From Methanotrichaceae archaeon (GTDB taxonomy: Archaea; Halobacteriota; Methanosarcinia; Methanotrichales; Methanotrichaceae), in assembly GCA_963748825.1 (NCBI GenBank), contig CAVVKN010000010.1:1-64000 (forward strand): a stretch of DNA of 64,000 nt. Direction: 5' to 3'. The notes below the pieces were generated by a model, which made no database searches, was not told the origin of the DNA, and saw nothing but the letters and a program-made list of their open reading frames with translations. Numbering within the stretch: the first letter of the stretch is position 1; every line of letters starts with the position of its first letter. This document shows positions 53,490 through 64,000 of the stretch, piece after piece. Both the position numbers and the translations under genes were made by a program.

Positions 53490-55004
53490 CCGAACATGCT
53501 CAATACGTTGAATTTTGCATTAAGAATACGACCGCAAAATATAATTAGTTTTGGATACCTATCTAAAACTAATGGCAGCAATTATGGTGGACGGCATAAT
53601 CAATATCGATCCAGATAAGATCGACTTTGATGATAAAGATGCTGTTAAGAACATCATAATCGCTCTTCTTGGTACCATCGAGCATCTCGTTCAAAGGGAT
53701 ACTAAGCATCAAGAAGTGGAACAACAGCTTAGGGACGAGATAGCGATATTAAAAGGAGAAAAAGGAAAACCTAAAATACGGCCAAATGTCCCAGCGAGAG
53801 AACCACCCGTTCCGAAGCCCATAATCCAAAGTATGGTCGAAGGATTCTAAGAAAGACAAAGTAAAAGTAGACAGACAAGTTACTGTTTCTGTGAAAGGCA
53901 CATTACCATCCGATGCCCGATTTATAGGCTATCGAAAGGTAGTAATCCAAGACGTAATTCTGAAAACAGATAATGTCGAGTACCTGTTGGAGAGACATTA
54001 TTCTCCCTCACTGAAGAAATACTATGATGCAAAGCTCCCTGAAGAAGTCAGAGGGTCGCAGTTTGGAGCTAATCTCAAGGCACTTACGGCAATTCTATAC
54101 ATCTCGTGCCGGGTAACTGAGAACAAAATGTGCCAGCTATATAAAGACATAGGCATATCAATATCTGAAGGCCAAATCTCTAATATCATTACCAAAGAAA
54201 AGCACTTTGAACTTGCTCAGGAAAAGCAAGCTATATTTGAGGCAGGAATGAAGCATGCTAAGTTCATCCAGACAGATGAAACCGGAGCAAGACACCAAGG
54301 AAAGAACCAATATGCACATGTGGTGTGCAATCCATACTTCACTTGTTATTTTATACGGCCAGATAAGAAAAGAGATACCTTGAAAGCCATTTTTGGTCTT
54401 GGTAAAGATGAGCGTTTGAATATTCCTTTGATAACTGATGATGCAAAACAGTATTATAACTTGTCTATAATATGTTGTCTATGTTGGATTCACGAAATCC
54501 GCCATTACAAGAAGTTGAATCCGTATTTAGGATATTATAAACAGATACTTGATTCATTCCTAAGTGAACTTTTCGAGCTTTATCGAATTATTCAACTATT
54601 TAAAATTTATCCAAATTACATTCTCAAAGAGTATATTCTATCGAGATTCGAGGCCCTCATCTTCAAGTCTTATGGTTATAACGAACTTGAGCTGAGATTA
54701 ACCGCAACTTGGGGAAATCGAGATCGATTGTTTCAGGTTCTGGATTATCCATATATTCCGCTCCATAATAACGAGTCTGAAATAGCAGCTCGCGAACCTG
54801 TTGTTAAGAGAAAGATCAGCTACGGAACAAGATCAGAATTGGGCAAGTGCGCATGGGAAAACGGTTTATCTATTAAGGATACGTGCAGAAAACTTGGGGT
54901 GAGCTTCTTTCAATATATGCACGATATTTATTCAAAATCATTTGCCATGCCGAGGCTAGCTGAGATACTGACTATTGCCCAATCATAGTATTGAGCATGT
55001 TCGG
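53490..55004 (+). mobile_element. IS66-like insertion sequence
   Basis: Perfect 17-bp IRs CCGAACATGCTCAATAC / GTATTGAGCATGTTCGG; ACAT repeated on both flanks (53486-89, 55005-08). Confidence 0.88.
53584..54988 (+). pseudogene. IS66-like transposase split by a frameshift near 53822
   Basis: LRDEIAILKGEKGKP coiled coil, then TDETG, CWIHEIRH, IPLHNNESE..AR..V.KRKIS.GTRS in another frame. Confidence 0.8.
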
Positions 55005-55232
55005 ACATCCCTCAACATATGTCAAATCATATAAGCTCTAAGCTGCAATCTACGGAGTATTCTGTTGAAGTTGAATTAAAGCTATTCCCAAAAAATAAAA
55101 TAGCCTGCCGCAGATTAAAATATCCTATTCTCTATTGAACCCGGTTTTTTGTATGATAGGAGAAGAAAAAGAAGGCGGGGAATTGCCGCCTTCCCCCCTC
55201 CCACCATTTTGCAGAAAAGTATCAACGGCTTT

Positions 55233-56423
55233 TCAGTAGGTGCTGAGCTCCCCTCTAAACAGCATCTGTTGCAGCTTGGGAATATTGGCCAGCCAATCGT
55301 CCAGGATCTCCGTGGCCCCCGCCTCCAGGCTCTTCATGTCAACGCCCTCTTTGGGCACGATCTGCACGCTGGCAATATGCGGCTCGTCGATGGGCTTGCC
55401 GATCTGCGATAACATTTTGATGTAGACCTCATCAATGCCCGGCACCTCGGCTGCGATCTTGCGGGCCGCCTCCGAGCTCAGCAGGTTGTAAATCTTGCCC
55501 ACATGGTTGATGGGATTCTTGCCGCAGGTGGCTTCCAGGCTCATGGGTCGATTGGGTGTTATCAATCCGTTGGCCCTGTTTCCTCGCCCCACAGCTCCGT
55601 CGTCTCCCATTTCTGCCGATGTGCCCGTGACGGTGATGTAGACAGAGCCCTGCTCGATGTTGTCAGCCACGTTCATCTGCGCGTTTACTTTTCGGGCCGT
55701 GAACTGCTTGGAGTATTCGATGATGTGATCCACGATATCGCTCTTCGTGTGCACATAATCCTTGAGGTTCGCCACATGCCGATCTACCATGGCGCAGGCG
55801 ATTGTCAGATTGATGACATCCCCCTGGCGCATGCCCATGACCTTGATGTCCTCGCCTATGGCCGGGACGCTCTTCTTGAGCCTCATCAGCTCGCGCTCGG
55901 TATTGAAGACGATGTTCTCCGTCTCAGAGAGAGGCGCATATCCCACACCAAAAGAGGTGTCGTTGGCGGAGGGCACTTTGCGACCGAATACATCCCTCAG
56001 ATCCGAGGAGCCCATGCCGATCTTGGCATCAAGGATGACGTGATTGTTGACGTCCAGGTTGGAGAGCGACTCGCTCAAGAGCTTTCTCCCGGCCTTGATG
56101 GCGATGGTGTCTACGGGAATCTCCTCTTCCTTGAAGACCCTGGTGGCACGGCCTGTGAGAAGAATGTAAAGCGGGCAGATGACCTCGCCGCCTCCAAAAG
56201 CGGGCTTGGACCTGCCTGCTACAATTTGCGTCTTGTCGGTATTGTGATGCAGCACCGCTCCAAATCTATCAAGGTATTCCTGGCAAAGGGCCCGGCTGAT
56301 GGACTCAGCGAGACCATCCGCCACGCTGTCCGGGTGTCCAATGCCCTTGCGCTCTACCAGCTCTATTTCTTGCTGCTCCAACGGTCTTTGATTGAGGCGT
56401 TCAACCTTGATATTTCTCTTCAT
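55233..56423 (-). CDS. mat: S-adenosylmethionine synthetase (archaeal type)
   Basis: [58 protein letters not shown]. Confidence 0.96.
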   Translation of the reverse strand: MKRNIKVERLNQRPLEQQEIELVERKGIGHPDSVADGLAESISRALCQEYLDRFGAVLHHNTDKTQIVAGRSKPAFGGGEVICPLYILLTGRATRVFKEEEIPVDTIAIKAGRKLLSESLSNLDVNNHVILDAKIGMGSSDLRDVFGRKVPSANDTSFGVGYAPLSETENIVFNTERELMRLKKSVPAIGEDIKVMGMRQGDVINLTIACAMVDRHVANLKDYVHTKSDIVDHIIEYSKQFTARKVNAQMNVADNIEQGSVYITVTGTSAEMGDDGAVGRGNRANGLITPNRPMSLEATCGKNPINHVGKIYNLLSSEAARKIAAEVPGIDEVYIKMLSQIGKPIDEPHIASVQIVPKEGVDMKSLEAGATEILDDWLANIPKLQQMLFRGELSTY

Positions 56424-56577
56424 GACCAATCCTCTGAATATGATCGTATAACAAATCTCTGGGCTTAACTGAATTACAATCTCATATTAAGGCTTTGCAT
56501 TTGCTTTGCGCTTCGCCATGCAATATCAAAAAATAAAATTGCTTTTAAATAAATAATTGTTTTAAAATTTAAAAAAA

Positions 56578-57369
56578 TTACTGCGTGAGTCCCACGCGCC
56601 ACTTAAGCATCCTGTCCTCTACTACATAGCGGAAGGTGCGATCTATGGCGAGGCCCAGCAGACCCAGCACAATCATGTACATGAATACTTCATCCATTCG
56701 GTAATGGCCGTAAGAGTCCCAGATCTTGAATCCGAGACCATTCTTGCTCACCCCAAACATCTCGGCGGCCACAAGACACATCCAGGCAATTCCCATGGCA
56801 ATCCGTATGCCGGCCGCAATGGAGGGCAAGGCGAAAGGCAGCGCGACATACCTTATCAGATCGATATCTTTAGTTGCACCCAAGACTTTTGCCGATTCAA
56901 CATACACTCGCGGCAGGCTCTTAAAGCCCACGTAGGTGTTGATCAAGATGGGAAAGACCGCTCCTATGAAGATAATAAAACCTGCTGCTGTATTGGTTAT
57001 GCCAAACCAGATAATGGCAAATGGAATCCAGGCCAATGGGGGTATGGGGCGCAATATCTCCACAATGGGGTCCATAATATTGTCAAAAAGCTTGAACCAT
57101 CCCATGATCATTCCGACGGGCAATGCAATTACCAGACCACCCGCCATGCCGATGGCGAAATGAAGAGAGCTGACCGGCAGGTCCTCTGTGAAAATCGACA
57201 GCCAATTTTCCAGAAAAGCAGCAACAACCTGGAAAAAACTGGGCAAAGTCAATTGGTCGTTGACCAGAAAGGCAGCCAACTGCCAGAGAGCTATTAACCC
57301 AAAAATGGAAAGGACGGAAATGCCCTGATTTCTCAGGACATTCAAAGTCCTACTGGCTTTTCTAAGCAC
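56578..57369 (-). CDS. ABC transporter permease (SsuC/TauC-like)
   Basis: LRPIPPLAWIP, ESAKVLGA (EAA loop), WMCLVAAEM. Confidence 0.9.
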   Translation of the reverse strand: MLRKASRTLNVLRNQGISVLSIFGLIALWQLAAFLVNDQLTLPSFFQVVAAFLENWLSIFTEDLPVSSLHFAIGMAGGLVIALPVGMIMGWFKLFDNIMDPIVEILRPIPPLAWIPFAIIWFGITNTAAGFIIFIGAVFPILINTYVGFKSLPRVYVESAKVLGATKDIDLIRYVALPFALPSIAAGIRIAMGIAWMCLVAAEMFGVSKNGLGFKIWDSYGHYRMDEVFMYMIVLGLLGLAIDRTFRYVVEDRMLKWRVGLTQ

Positions 57370-58405
57370 CTTTCACCCTCTCGTAGAGACTGGTATCGAA
57401 GAGATCCTTCTCAGTCAGCTCCCTCTTGGTATACTTCATCTCGTAGTCGACTTTTGCATACTCGACTGTTGAAGGTATCTGGACATTAGGATCGCTGACC
57501 CACTTGCCATCCCAGTTCTTTATGGAATGCTCAATTTCCGTGATATTCGCTTTGGTCTTCTTCGCGTATATCTGTGCGGCCTCATCAGGATGAGCATTGA
57601 TGTAGTCGGTCGCCTTGATATGGGTCTTGATGATCTGCTCTACCAGCTGCGGCTGCTCTTTGATGAGCTTGTCCGTGACTACCAGGCTGCAGCAGGCGTG
57701 GTTCGGGTACATCTCGCCCGAGGCTACTGCATGTTTGCCCTTGCCTTTCAGCTCAATTATTGATGGCGCTGGATGAGGCAAGAAGACACCATCGATCTTG
57801 CCTGCGGACAGAGCACTGATCCCAGGTCCCGGGTCCATGGCTTTGATATCGACCTTGGAGACATCCACCCCGTTCTCCATGAGCCATTTCTTCATGACTG
57901 TGTCCTGAATCGATCCGGGCGGGAATGTGCCGATGGAAAGGCCTGCCAAAGATGCGGGTCCATTGTAGACCAGATCCGGCCTGAGGACCAGATCTGAGCC
58001 GTTGATGTTAACCGCAGCTACGATCTTGGCGGGCAGTCCAGCCGATATGGCAGAAATGGGCGGCGCAGTTCCCACATAAGCGATATCCAGCTCCCCGGCG
58101 ACCATGGCTTGCATCTCCGGAACTCCCGTGGGGAACTCAAACTCCTTGATCTCAGTTATGCCGAAAGGCAACAAGTCTTCTGCCCACCAGCCCTTTTCGG
58201 AAGCGACCATCTCTGCGATCTGATGGGTACTGGGCTGGTACCCTATGCGCAGGGTAGAAATCATGCCGGGCATCTTCTCTTGGAGGGAGACATTCTCCTT
58301 CTTCATATCCGTGGAGACGGCCTCTTTCTTCTCCGGAGCCGAGATGCAGCCCAGCGACATCACTACCACAGCCGCCAGGATGGCCATAATTATGAATTTC
58401 TTCAA
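57362..58405 (-). CDS. ABC transporter substrate-binding lipoprotein (SsuA/NMT1-like)
   Basis: Lipobox SLGC; RIGYQPSTHQ, GELDIAYVG, PPGSIQD, HACC. Confidence 0.9.
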   Translation of the reverse strand: MKKFIIMAILAAVVVMSLGCISAPEKKEAVSTDMKKENVSLQEKMPGMISTLRIGYQPSTHQIAEMVASEKGWWAEDLLPFGITEIKEFEFPTGVPEMQAMVAGELDIAYVGTAPPISAISAGLPAKIVAAVNINGSDLVLRPDLVYNGPASLAGLSIGTFPPGSIQDTVMKKWLMENGVDVSKVDIKAMDPGPGISALSAGKIDGVFLPHPAPSIIELKGKGKHAVASGEMYPNHACCSLVVTDKLIKEQPQLVEQIIKTHIKATDYINAHPDEAAQIYAKKTKANITEIEHSIKNWDGKWVSDPNVQIPSTVEYAKVDYEMKYTKRELTEKDLFDTSLYERVKGA

Positions 58406-58699
58406 ATGCGATCACCTGAGTTGCGACTTTGCTCATTTCGTTGAAAGATCGGTATAAAGCAGTTTCCAGCCAGGGGGCATTATTTTCTTAGAAGGGATAA
58501 TAGATGAAAATAATCCTACAATAGTATTGAAGGGACCTGACGCAGGGCGAAAAGCGTTTCTAGAAATAGATTAATGCCATTTTCAAGTAGCAAGAATTCC
58601 CTCATGAAAAGTGATTTGGATGGCGCAGGTTTGGCTAGCGCGGATTTGACGAGAGCCCGGGTTCGGCATCATGCATCATAATAGAGGCAGCGGATTGTA

Positions 58700-59983
58700 A
58701 TGGTTGGATCTTATTCTGAGATATTGGAACGGATTATGCAGGGCGAGGCTGTTGTTATCACGGCTCAAGAAGTCGCCGAGCTGGTTGAATCAGGCGAATC
58801 GTCCCGGCTCTCCGAGGTCGACGTTGTCACTACGGCCACCCGAGCAGTTATGAGCGGCACCTACGCAGTTCTTTCTTTTCCCGTGGCAAGGCCGGCATCA
58901 TTCCTCCGGGCAAAGAGGGTCTTAATCAACGGCATAGCCGCACAAGTCGGGCCCTGTCCCAACGAGAACCTGGGCGTCTTAGATTTGGTGGTATTTGGAA
59001 CGGCCCACAGTCAGAGCCGGCCCAATTACGGTGGGGGCCATCTCTTTCGCGATCTGGTAGAGAGAAAGAAAGTTCACGTCGAGGTGGAGACTGATGATGG
59101 ACGCACCCTGAAGGCCGAGGTCGGACTGGATGAGATGCCTCATGCCCGGCTCTTTGGATCGCGCCACGCCTTCAAGAACTACTCGGCCTTCGTTAATGCG
59201 GGAGCGGAGCCGGTCAACACCATCTTTCACTCCCGCGGCTTTGCCCCCCACTGCCGGGAGGCGACGTTCTCCGGTTGCGGCCGGATAAATCCCTTGAAAA
59301 ATGATCCTTTTTTGGAGAGCATAGGCATAGGAACGCGCATTCTCATAAACGGCGCAGAGGGCTTCGTCCTGGGCACAGGCACCCGCAGCAGCAAAGAGCG
59401 GCCCAATCTGTCCGGCTTTGCCGATATGCACAAAATGAAGCCGGAGTTCATGGGCGGCTTTGTCACCTCCGCCGGCCCGGAGTGCATCTGCTCCTGGGCC
59501 GTGCCCATACCCGTTATCAGCGAGAATATTCTGGAGGAGATTGCCCGGTCTGATAGAGACATTGCTCTGCCTGTGAACGATGTCAACACCAGGACGGTCA
59601 TCGGCCAGGCCGACTACGGCGATGTCTGGACGGATGTGGACCTGGAGGTCGAGTTTGAACCGGAGAACTGCTCGGGCTGCACCCCTTGCCTGGTGGAGGA
59701 AGCATGCCCCATGAAGGCCGTAAGCCGCGAAGATGACATAGTCAGCCGGGATGAAGCATTATGCTTTCATTGCGGTCTTTGCGCCACAATTTGTCCCTCT
59801 GCAGCCTTCTCGTGCCGCCTGGGGGCCATCCAGCTGAAGACCGCGATGGGCAACGTCAAGACTATCCCCGTGGTGCTGCGCCAGTCGGATCGGCTGCGGG
59901 CCATAAAGCTCGCTGAGGATCTAAAGAGAAGGATTATGGACGGCTCTTTCAAGATGACGGAGCCGGTCGAGCGCATCTCATGA
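58700..59983 (+). CDS. Methanogenesis marker 16 metalloprotein (DUF39-like with ferredoxin domain; candidate ComF)
   Basis: VDVVTTATRAVMSGT, GPCPNENLG, YGGGHLF, FSGCGRINPLKND, CSGCTPC...CP / CFHCGLCATICP. Confidence 0.85.
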   Translation: MVGSYSEILERIMQGEAVVITAQEVAELVESGESSRLSEVDVVTTATRAVMSGTYAVLSFPVARPASFLRAKRVLINGIAAQVGPCPNENLGVLDLVVFGTAHSQSRPNYGGGHLFRDLVERKKVHVEVETDDGRTLKAEVGLDEMPHARLFGSRHAFKNYSAFVNAGAEPVNTIFHSRGFAPHCREATFSGCGRINPLKNDPFLESIGIGTRILINGAEGFVLGTGTRSSKERPNLSGFADMHKMKPEFMGGFVTSAGPECICSWAVPIPVISENILEEIARSDRDIALPVNDVNTRTVIGQADYGDVWTDVDLEVEFEPENCSGCTPCLVEEACPMKAVSREDDIVSRDEALCFHCGLCATICPSAAFSCRLGAIQLKTAMGNVKTIPVVLRQSDRLRAIKLAEDLKRRIMDGSFKMTEPVERIS

Positions 59984-60509
59984 AACGCTCGATAATCTCC
60001 TGCGGAGAGAGGCTGATGATGGGAACATTGGCATTGCCCGCATCAACTTTTACGATTACTACCCCCCGACCCAGGAGCACCTCGGGCAGATCCTCGACCT
60101 TATCGACCTTCTTGACATCCTTGACGCCGGCCGCTTTCGCCAGGGCGAAGAGGTCAGTGCCAAGGTGGGTGCAGGTGGGCTGCGAGCCGGTGGAGCCGTA
60201 GCAGCAGTTGTCTAGAATCACCAGCAGATAGTTCTCGGGCGCATAATTGGCAATGGTGGCCAGCGTCCCCAGGTTCATGAGCACCGAGCCGTCCCCGTCC
60301 AGGACCATCACCTTTCGCTCCGGACGCGCCAGGGCCAGGCCCAGACCCATGGAAGAGGCCAGGCCCATGGAACCGAGCATGTAGAAGTTTTCCGGGCGAT
60401 CTTTTACTGAGAATAGCTCCCGGCTGGGATAGCCGATGTTGCAAACCAGCAGGGCATCCTGGGCCGCAGCTGCCTCTGCCGCCAGGGCGATGACCTCGAT
60501 GCGCAACAT
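59949..60509 (-). CDS. comE: Sulfopyruvate decarboxylase beta subunit
   Basis: NIGYPSREL, NFYMLGSMGLASS, TPP-binding DGDGSVLMN...DN; TAATG overlap with comD. Confidence 0.92.
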   Translation of the reverse strand: MLRIEVIALAAEAAAAQDALLVCNIGYPSRELFSVKDRPENFYMLGSMGLASSMGLGLALARPERKVMVLDGDGSVLMNLGTLATIANYAPENYLLVILDNCCYGSTGSQPTCTHLGTDLFALAKAAGVKDVKKVDKVEDLPEVLLGRGVVIVKVDAGNANVPIISLSPQEIIERFMRCARPAPSS

Positions 60510-61003
60510 TATCCCCTCCAAAACTCCAAATCCAGGAGCACAGCCACGGGACGGCGGGCCGCAGCCGCCTGGCCCCAGGCCTGTGCCACCGTCTCCTCCG
60601 CCTCTCCTGGCAGGGGCGAGAAATGAGGGATGGCCATGGCGTCGAGCAAGGGAGCCGTGAGCTGACCCATGGGCACCTGACCGACTATGCTCTCGCCCTT
60701 GCTCCCCCGGTGGCTGATGATCATAAGCAGAGGAATGCTGTAAAGGATGTCAAGTGAGGCCAGGGCGTTGATGCTGTTTCCCAGGCCCGAATTTTGCATG
60801 AGCAGCGCAGGCCTCCGCCCGCCCATCCAGGCCCCGGCGCAAATTCCTACGCCCTCTTCCTCGCGGGTGACGGGCACGTGGATGATCTCCGGGTCGCCGC
60901 TAACCAGAACGAGCAGCTCTTGCAGGTTGACGCAGGGCACAGAGGTCACGAAGTTGATGCCGGCGCGCTTCATGCCCTGATAGACGGCGAGGCTGGGATT
61001 CAT
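60509..61003 (-). CDS. comD: Sulfopyruvate decarboxylase alpha subunit
   Basis: SVPC, TREEEGVGICAG, MQNSGLGNSINAL, SHRG, QVPMG. Confidence 0.92.
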   Translation of the reverse strand: MNPSLAVYQGMKRAGINFVTSVPCVNLQELLVLVSGDPEIIHVPVTREEEGVGICAGAWMGGRRPALLMQNSGLGNSINALASLDILYSIPLLMIISHRGSKGESIVGQVPMGQLTAPLLDAMAIPHFSPLPGEAEETVAQAWGQAAAARRPVAVLLDLEFWRG

Positions 61004-61170
61004 TTCTCTTCCCCTTATCCTGCCAGGCCAAAAAACCTTCTGCAAGAACCAGGGAGCCATTCCTGGGAAGTGAAGTTTCGATCCATGCTTTTAGTTCGAG
61101 CGATAGGTTTTACATTAAATCAAACTCATCAAGGTCCAAGATCGTAGATAGAGAAAAACGGAGATAGAAA

Positions 61171-63261
61171 TTGCCCCAACTGGAACAGATCGAAGCCATC
61201 GAAAAACGCCTCTGGAAAGCGGCGGACACTCTGCGCGCCAACTCAAACTACGCCAGCAACGAGTACTTTATGCCCGTCATGGGGCTGGTCTTCCTGCGCC
61301 ATGCCTACAGCCGCTTTCTGGCGGTTAAAGAATCGATCGATATCGATGCCAGCCTTCCCAAGCGCGGCGGCAAGACCCGACCGCTGACCAAGGAAGATTT
61401 CTCACAGAAAGGCTCGATCTTCCTGCAACTTAAGGCGCAGTTCGACCATCTCGTCTCACTCCCTGACAGCGAGGACCGCGCCAAGGCCATCATCGAGGCG
61501 ATGGAGTCTATCGAGGCGGATTACGAGAGCCTGCGTGGCGTCCTGCCCAAGAGCGAGTACCAGGAACTCGACAACCAGGTCCTCGGCCAACTCCTCCGCA
61601 CGCTCAATCCCGACGAGCTGAAGAAGGTCTCGGGCGACGTCTTCGGCCGCATCTACGAGTATTTTCTCACCCAGTTCGCCGACCAGAAGGCCCACGACGG
61701 CGGCGAGTTCTTCACCCCCATCTCGCTCGTCTCCTTGATCGCCCACGTGCTCGACCCCGAGCGCGGCACGGTGCTGGACCCGGCCTGCGGCTCTGGCGGC
61801 ATGTTCGTGCAGAGCGCCCGCATCGTCGAGGAACAGGGATCACGTCCCGCTGACCGGCTCACCTTTCGCGGGCTGGAGAAGAACGCCACCACAATACGTC
61901 TGGCCAAGATGAACCTGGCCGTGCACGGCCTGGAAGGCGACATCAAGAAGGCGATCACCTACTACGAAGACCCGCACGAACTGGTCGGCAAGGCCGATTA
62001 CGTGATGGCCAATCCACCCTTCAACGTGGACGAGATCGACGCCGACAAGGTCAAGAGCGACCCGCGTCTGCCCTTTGGGCTGCCGGGCGTCAACAAGAGT
62101 AGCAAGGTCTCCAACGGCAACTATGTCTGGATCAGCTACTTTTACAGCTACCTGAACGAGCATGGCCGGGCGGGCTTTGTCATGTCGTCCCAGGCCTCCA
62201 GCGCCGGAGGTGGCGAGGCCAAGGTGCGGCAAAAGCTGGTCGAGACCGGCGACGTGGACCTGATGATCGCCGTCCGTTCCAACTTCTTCTACACCCGCAC
62301 TGTGCCCTGCGAGCTGTGGTTCCTCAACCGGAACAAGCCCGAGGAGCACCGCGACAAGGTGCTGATGATCGACGCGCGCAACATCTACCGCAAGGTTACA
62401 CGCAAGATCTACGATTTTTCCCCCGAGCAGGAGCAGAACCTGCTGGCCATCGTCTGGCTCTACCGGGGCCAGACCGACCGCTACCTCGACCTCGTCTCCA
62501 GCTATTGCCGCCGCACTCTTGAGGAGGCCGCGGCCTGCTTCAGCTACCGAGGACGAAAACGGCAACTCCATTCAGCCGCTGACGGAATTCACGACTGCTT
62601 TGAAACCTTTCCTGAAGGAAGCTGCAAAGGAAGCCGACCTGCAGAAGGAGCTGATCGAAGCCCTGGCCGCCTTCCAGGCCGACGTCGAGACGTTCCAGAA
62701 GGCTCTTGCCGCACAGCAAGAGACGTGGAAGACGCAAAAGACCGACAACGGCGAACTGAAGAAGGCAGTCGACCGGCTTGCTCCCCTGGCCGAAGCCAGC
62801 CGCAACCTGGTCAAGCAGACCGATCTTCTCTTCAAGCTGGCGGCCGTCAGACCGAAACTCGTGGCAGCAAGAGCGATTCCAAGACAAAGGGCGTCTGGTC
62901 GGCAGAGATACCCTCGCGCCCTCAAGGCGGCAGACGAGGCCCGCCAGAGGGCCGCTTTGCCGCTCAAGCAGGTGCGCTACTTCTGGAAGCAGGCCGCCTG
63001 GCTCACCGAACGCTTCCCGGAGGCGAGGCTTCGGGACGTGGAGGGGCTGGTCAAGCTGGCGAGCATCGAGGAGATCGCCGCCAACGACTGGAGCCTGACC
63101 CCCGGACGCTACGTGGGCGTCGCCCCTGAGGACGAGGATGAGGATTTCGACTTCGAGGAAGCTCTGCGCGGGAGATTCACGTGGAGCTGGAAGACCTCAA
63201 CGCTGAGGCGGTGCGACTGGCGGCGATGATCAAGAGGAACTTCGAGGAGCTGGGGATATGA
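61171..63261 (+). pseudogene. hsdM: Type I restriction-modification methyltransferase subunit with several frameshifts in the 3' third
   Basis: LWKAADTLR, GEFFTP, DPACGSGGM, ANPPFN; frame changes near 62545, 62840-62910 and 63170; natural end REIHVELEDLN...FEELGI* at 63261. Confidence 0.85.
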
Positions 63262-64000
63262 GCGGGGATCTTGAGCCGAAAATCAACAACTATGCCGCGT
63301 TATTGGCTGAGATAAAAGAGCGTGTCCGCACCGCGCAGTATCATGCACTCAAAGCGGTCAATAAGGAACTGGTCGGTTTGTACTGGGATATCGGATGCGT
63401 GATCGTACAAAGACAGGCAGGTGAAACCTGGGGCAAATCGATTGTCCAACAATTGGCCAGCGATTTGCAGTGCGAATTCCCCGGCATCAGTGGATTTTCC
63501 GCTTCCAACCTTTGGCGGATGAAGTCCTTTTACGAAGCCTACAGAGATTCCGAAAGACTCGCACCACTGGTGCGAGAAATCGCCTGGAGCCACAATCTCG
63601 TTATTTTGGAGCGATGTTCCGACCCGCTGGAGCGTGAGTTTTACATCCGCATGACAAAGAAGTTCGGCTGGTCGAAAAACGTCCTCATCCACCAGATCGA
63701 AAACCAGAGCTATGAAAAAATGATTCTCGGCCAGACCAATTTCGACAGGGCGCTTACACCTGAGCTTCGCGCCCAGGCGAAGCTCGCCGTCATGGACGAA
63801 TACACCTTCGACTTTCTTGAACTAGGTGAGAAACACTCCGAGCGTGAGTTGGAACGGGCGCTCATCGGGCGAATCGAAGATTTTCTGCGCTCCCTGGGCG
63901 GTCTTTTCACCTTTGTTGGAAGCCAGTTTCGGTTAGAGGTGGCGGACGAGGAGTACTTCATAGACCTTTTGCTCTACCATCGCCGACTGCACTGCCTGGT
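63258..64000 (+). CDS. YhcG/DUF1016-family PD-(D/E)XK nuclease (runs off window end)
   Basis: ATG overlapping hsdM stop; AVNKELVGLYWDIG, WGKSIV, GFSASNLWRM, WSHN, DEY.FDFL, FTFVGSQ, IDLLLYH. Confidence 0.9.
   Translation, partial: MSGDLEPKINNYAALLAEIKERVRTAQYHALKAVNKELVGLYWDIGCVIVQRQAGETWGKSIVQQLASDLQCEFPGISGFSASNLWRMKSFYEAYRDSERLAPLVREIAWSHNLVILERCSDPLEREFYIRMTKKFGWSKNVLIHQIENQSYEKMILGQTNFDRALTPELRAQAKLAVMDEYTFDFLELGEKHSERELERALIGRIEDFLRSLGGLFTFVGSQFRLEVADEEYFIDLLLYHRRLHCL

Noticed and set aside
41781-56468. Long antisense ORFs such as 41781..42626, 46753..47595 and 55503..56468
   Set aside because: Shadow frames of GC-rich housekeeping genes (arcS, rqcH, mat) with no protein-like motifs
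59949-59983. 35-bp convergent overlap of marker 16 and comE
   Set aside because: Short tail-to-tail overlaps are common and need no special explanation

Overview
Archaeal chromosomal window from a methanogen of the Methanotrichaceae (Methanothrix/Methanosaeta-like), judged from the 16S rRNA gene and gene content. The housekeeping backbone includes panE, purA, mptN, aconitase, tgtA/arcS, ilvA, rqcH and mat, one complete minus-strand rRNA operon (16S-tRNA-Ala-23S-5S), and coenzyme M biosynthesis genes split over two loci (cysteate synthase cluster; marker-16 protein with comD/comE). Accessory patches include a Fic/Mrr-like/DUF1828-like defence cluster, IS481 remnants, a family of secreted DPxTG-repeat paralogues, a secreted alkyl sulfatase, a VRR-NUC-like gene hit by IS1634 (6-bp TSD) and by a two-gene DUF1670-like element, a RelA/SpoT small alarmone synthetase cassette, a RelE TA cassette flanked by a duplicated gene end, an IS66-like element and a decayed type I R-M locus. 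Three observations stand out. (1) Three tandem 125-138 bp units follow the 5S rRNA, each ending in a copy of the 5S 3' end. (2) The adjacent DUF1670-like gene pair looks like an unclassified mobile element. (3) A Bell-domain gene and an NLR-like NTPase-TPR gene share a matching amyloid-type motif and are inactivated by three separate lesions. All family assignments come from motif recognition by eye; no database search or folding computation was run.
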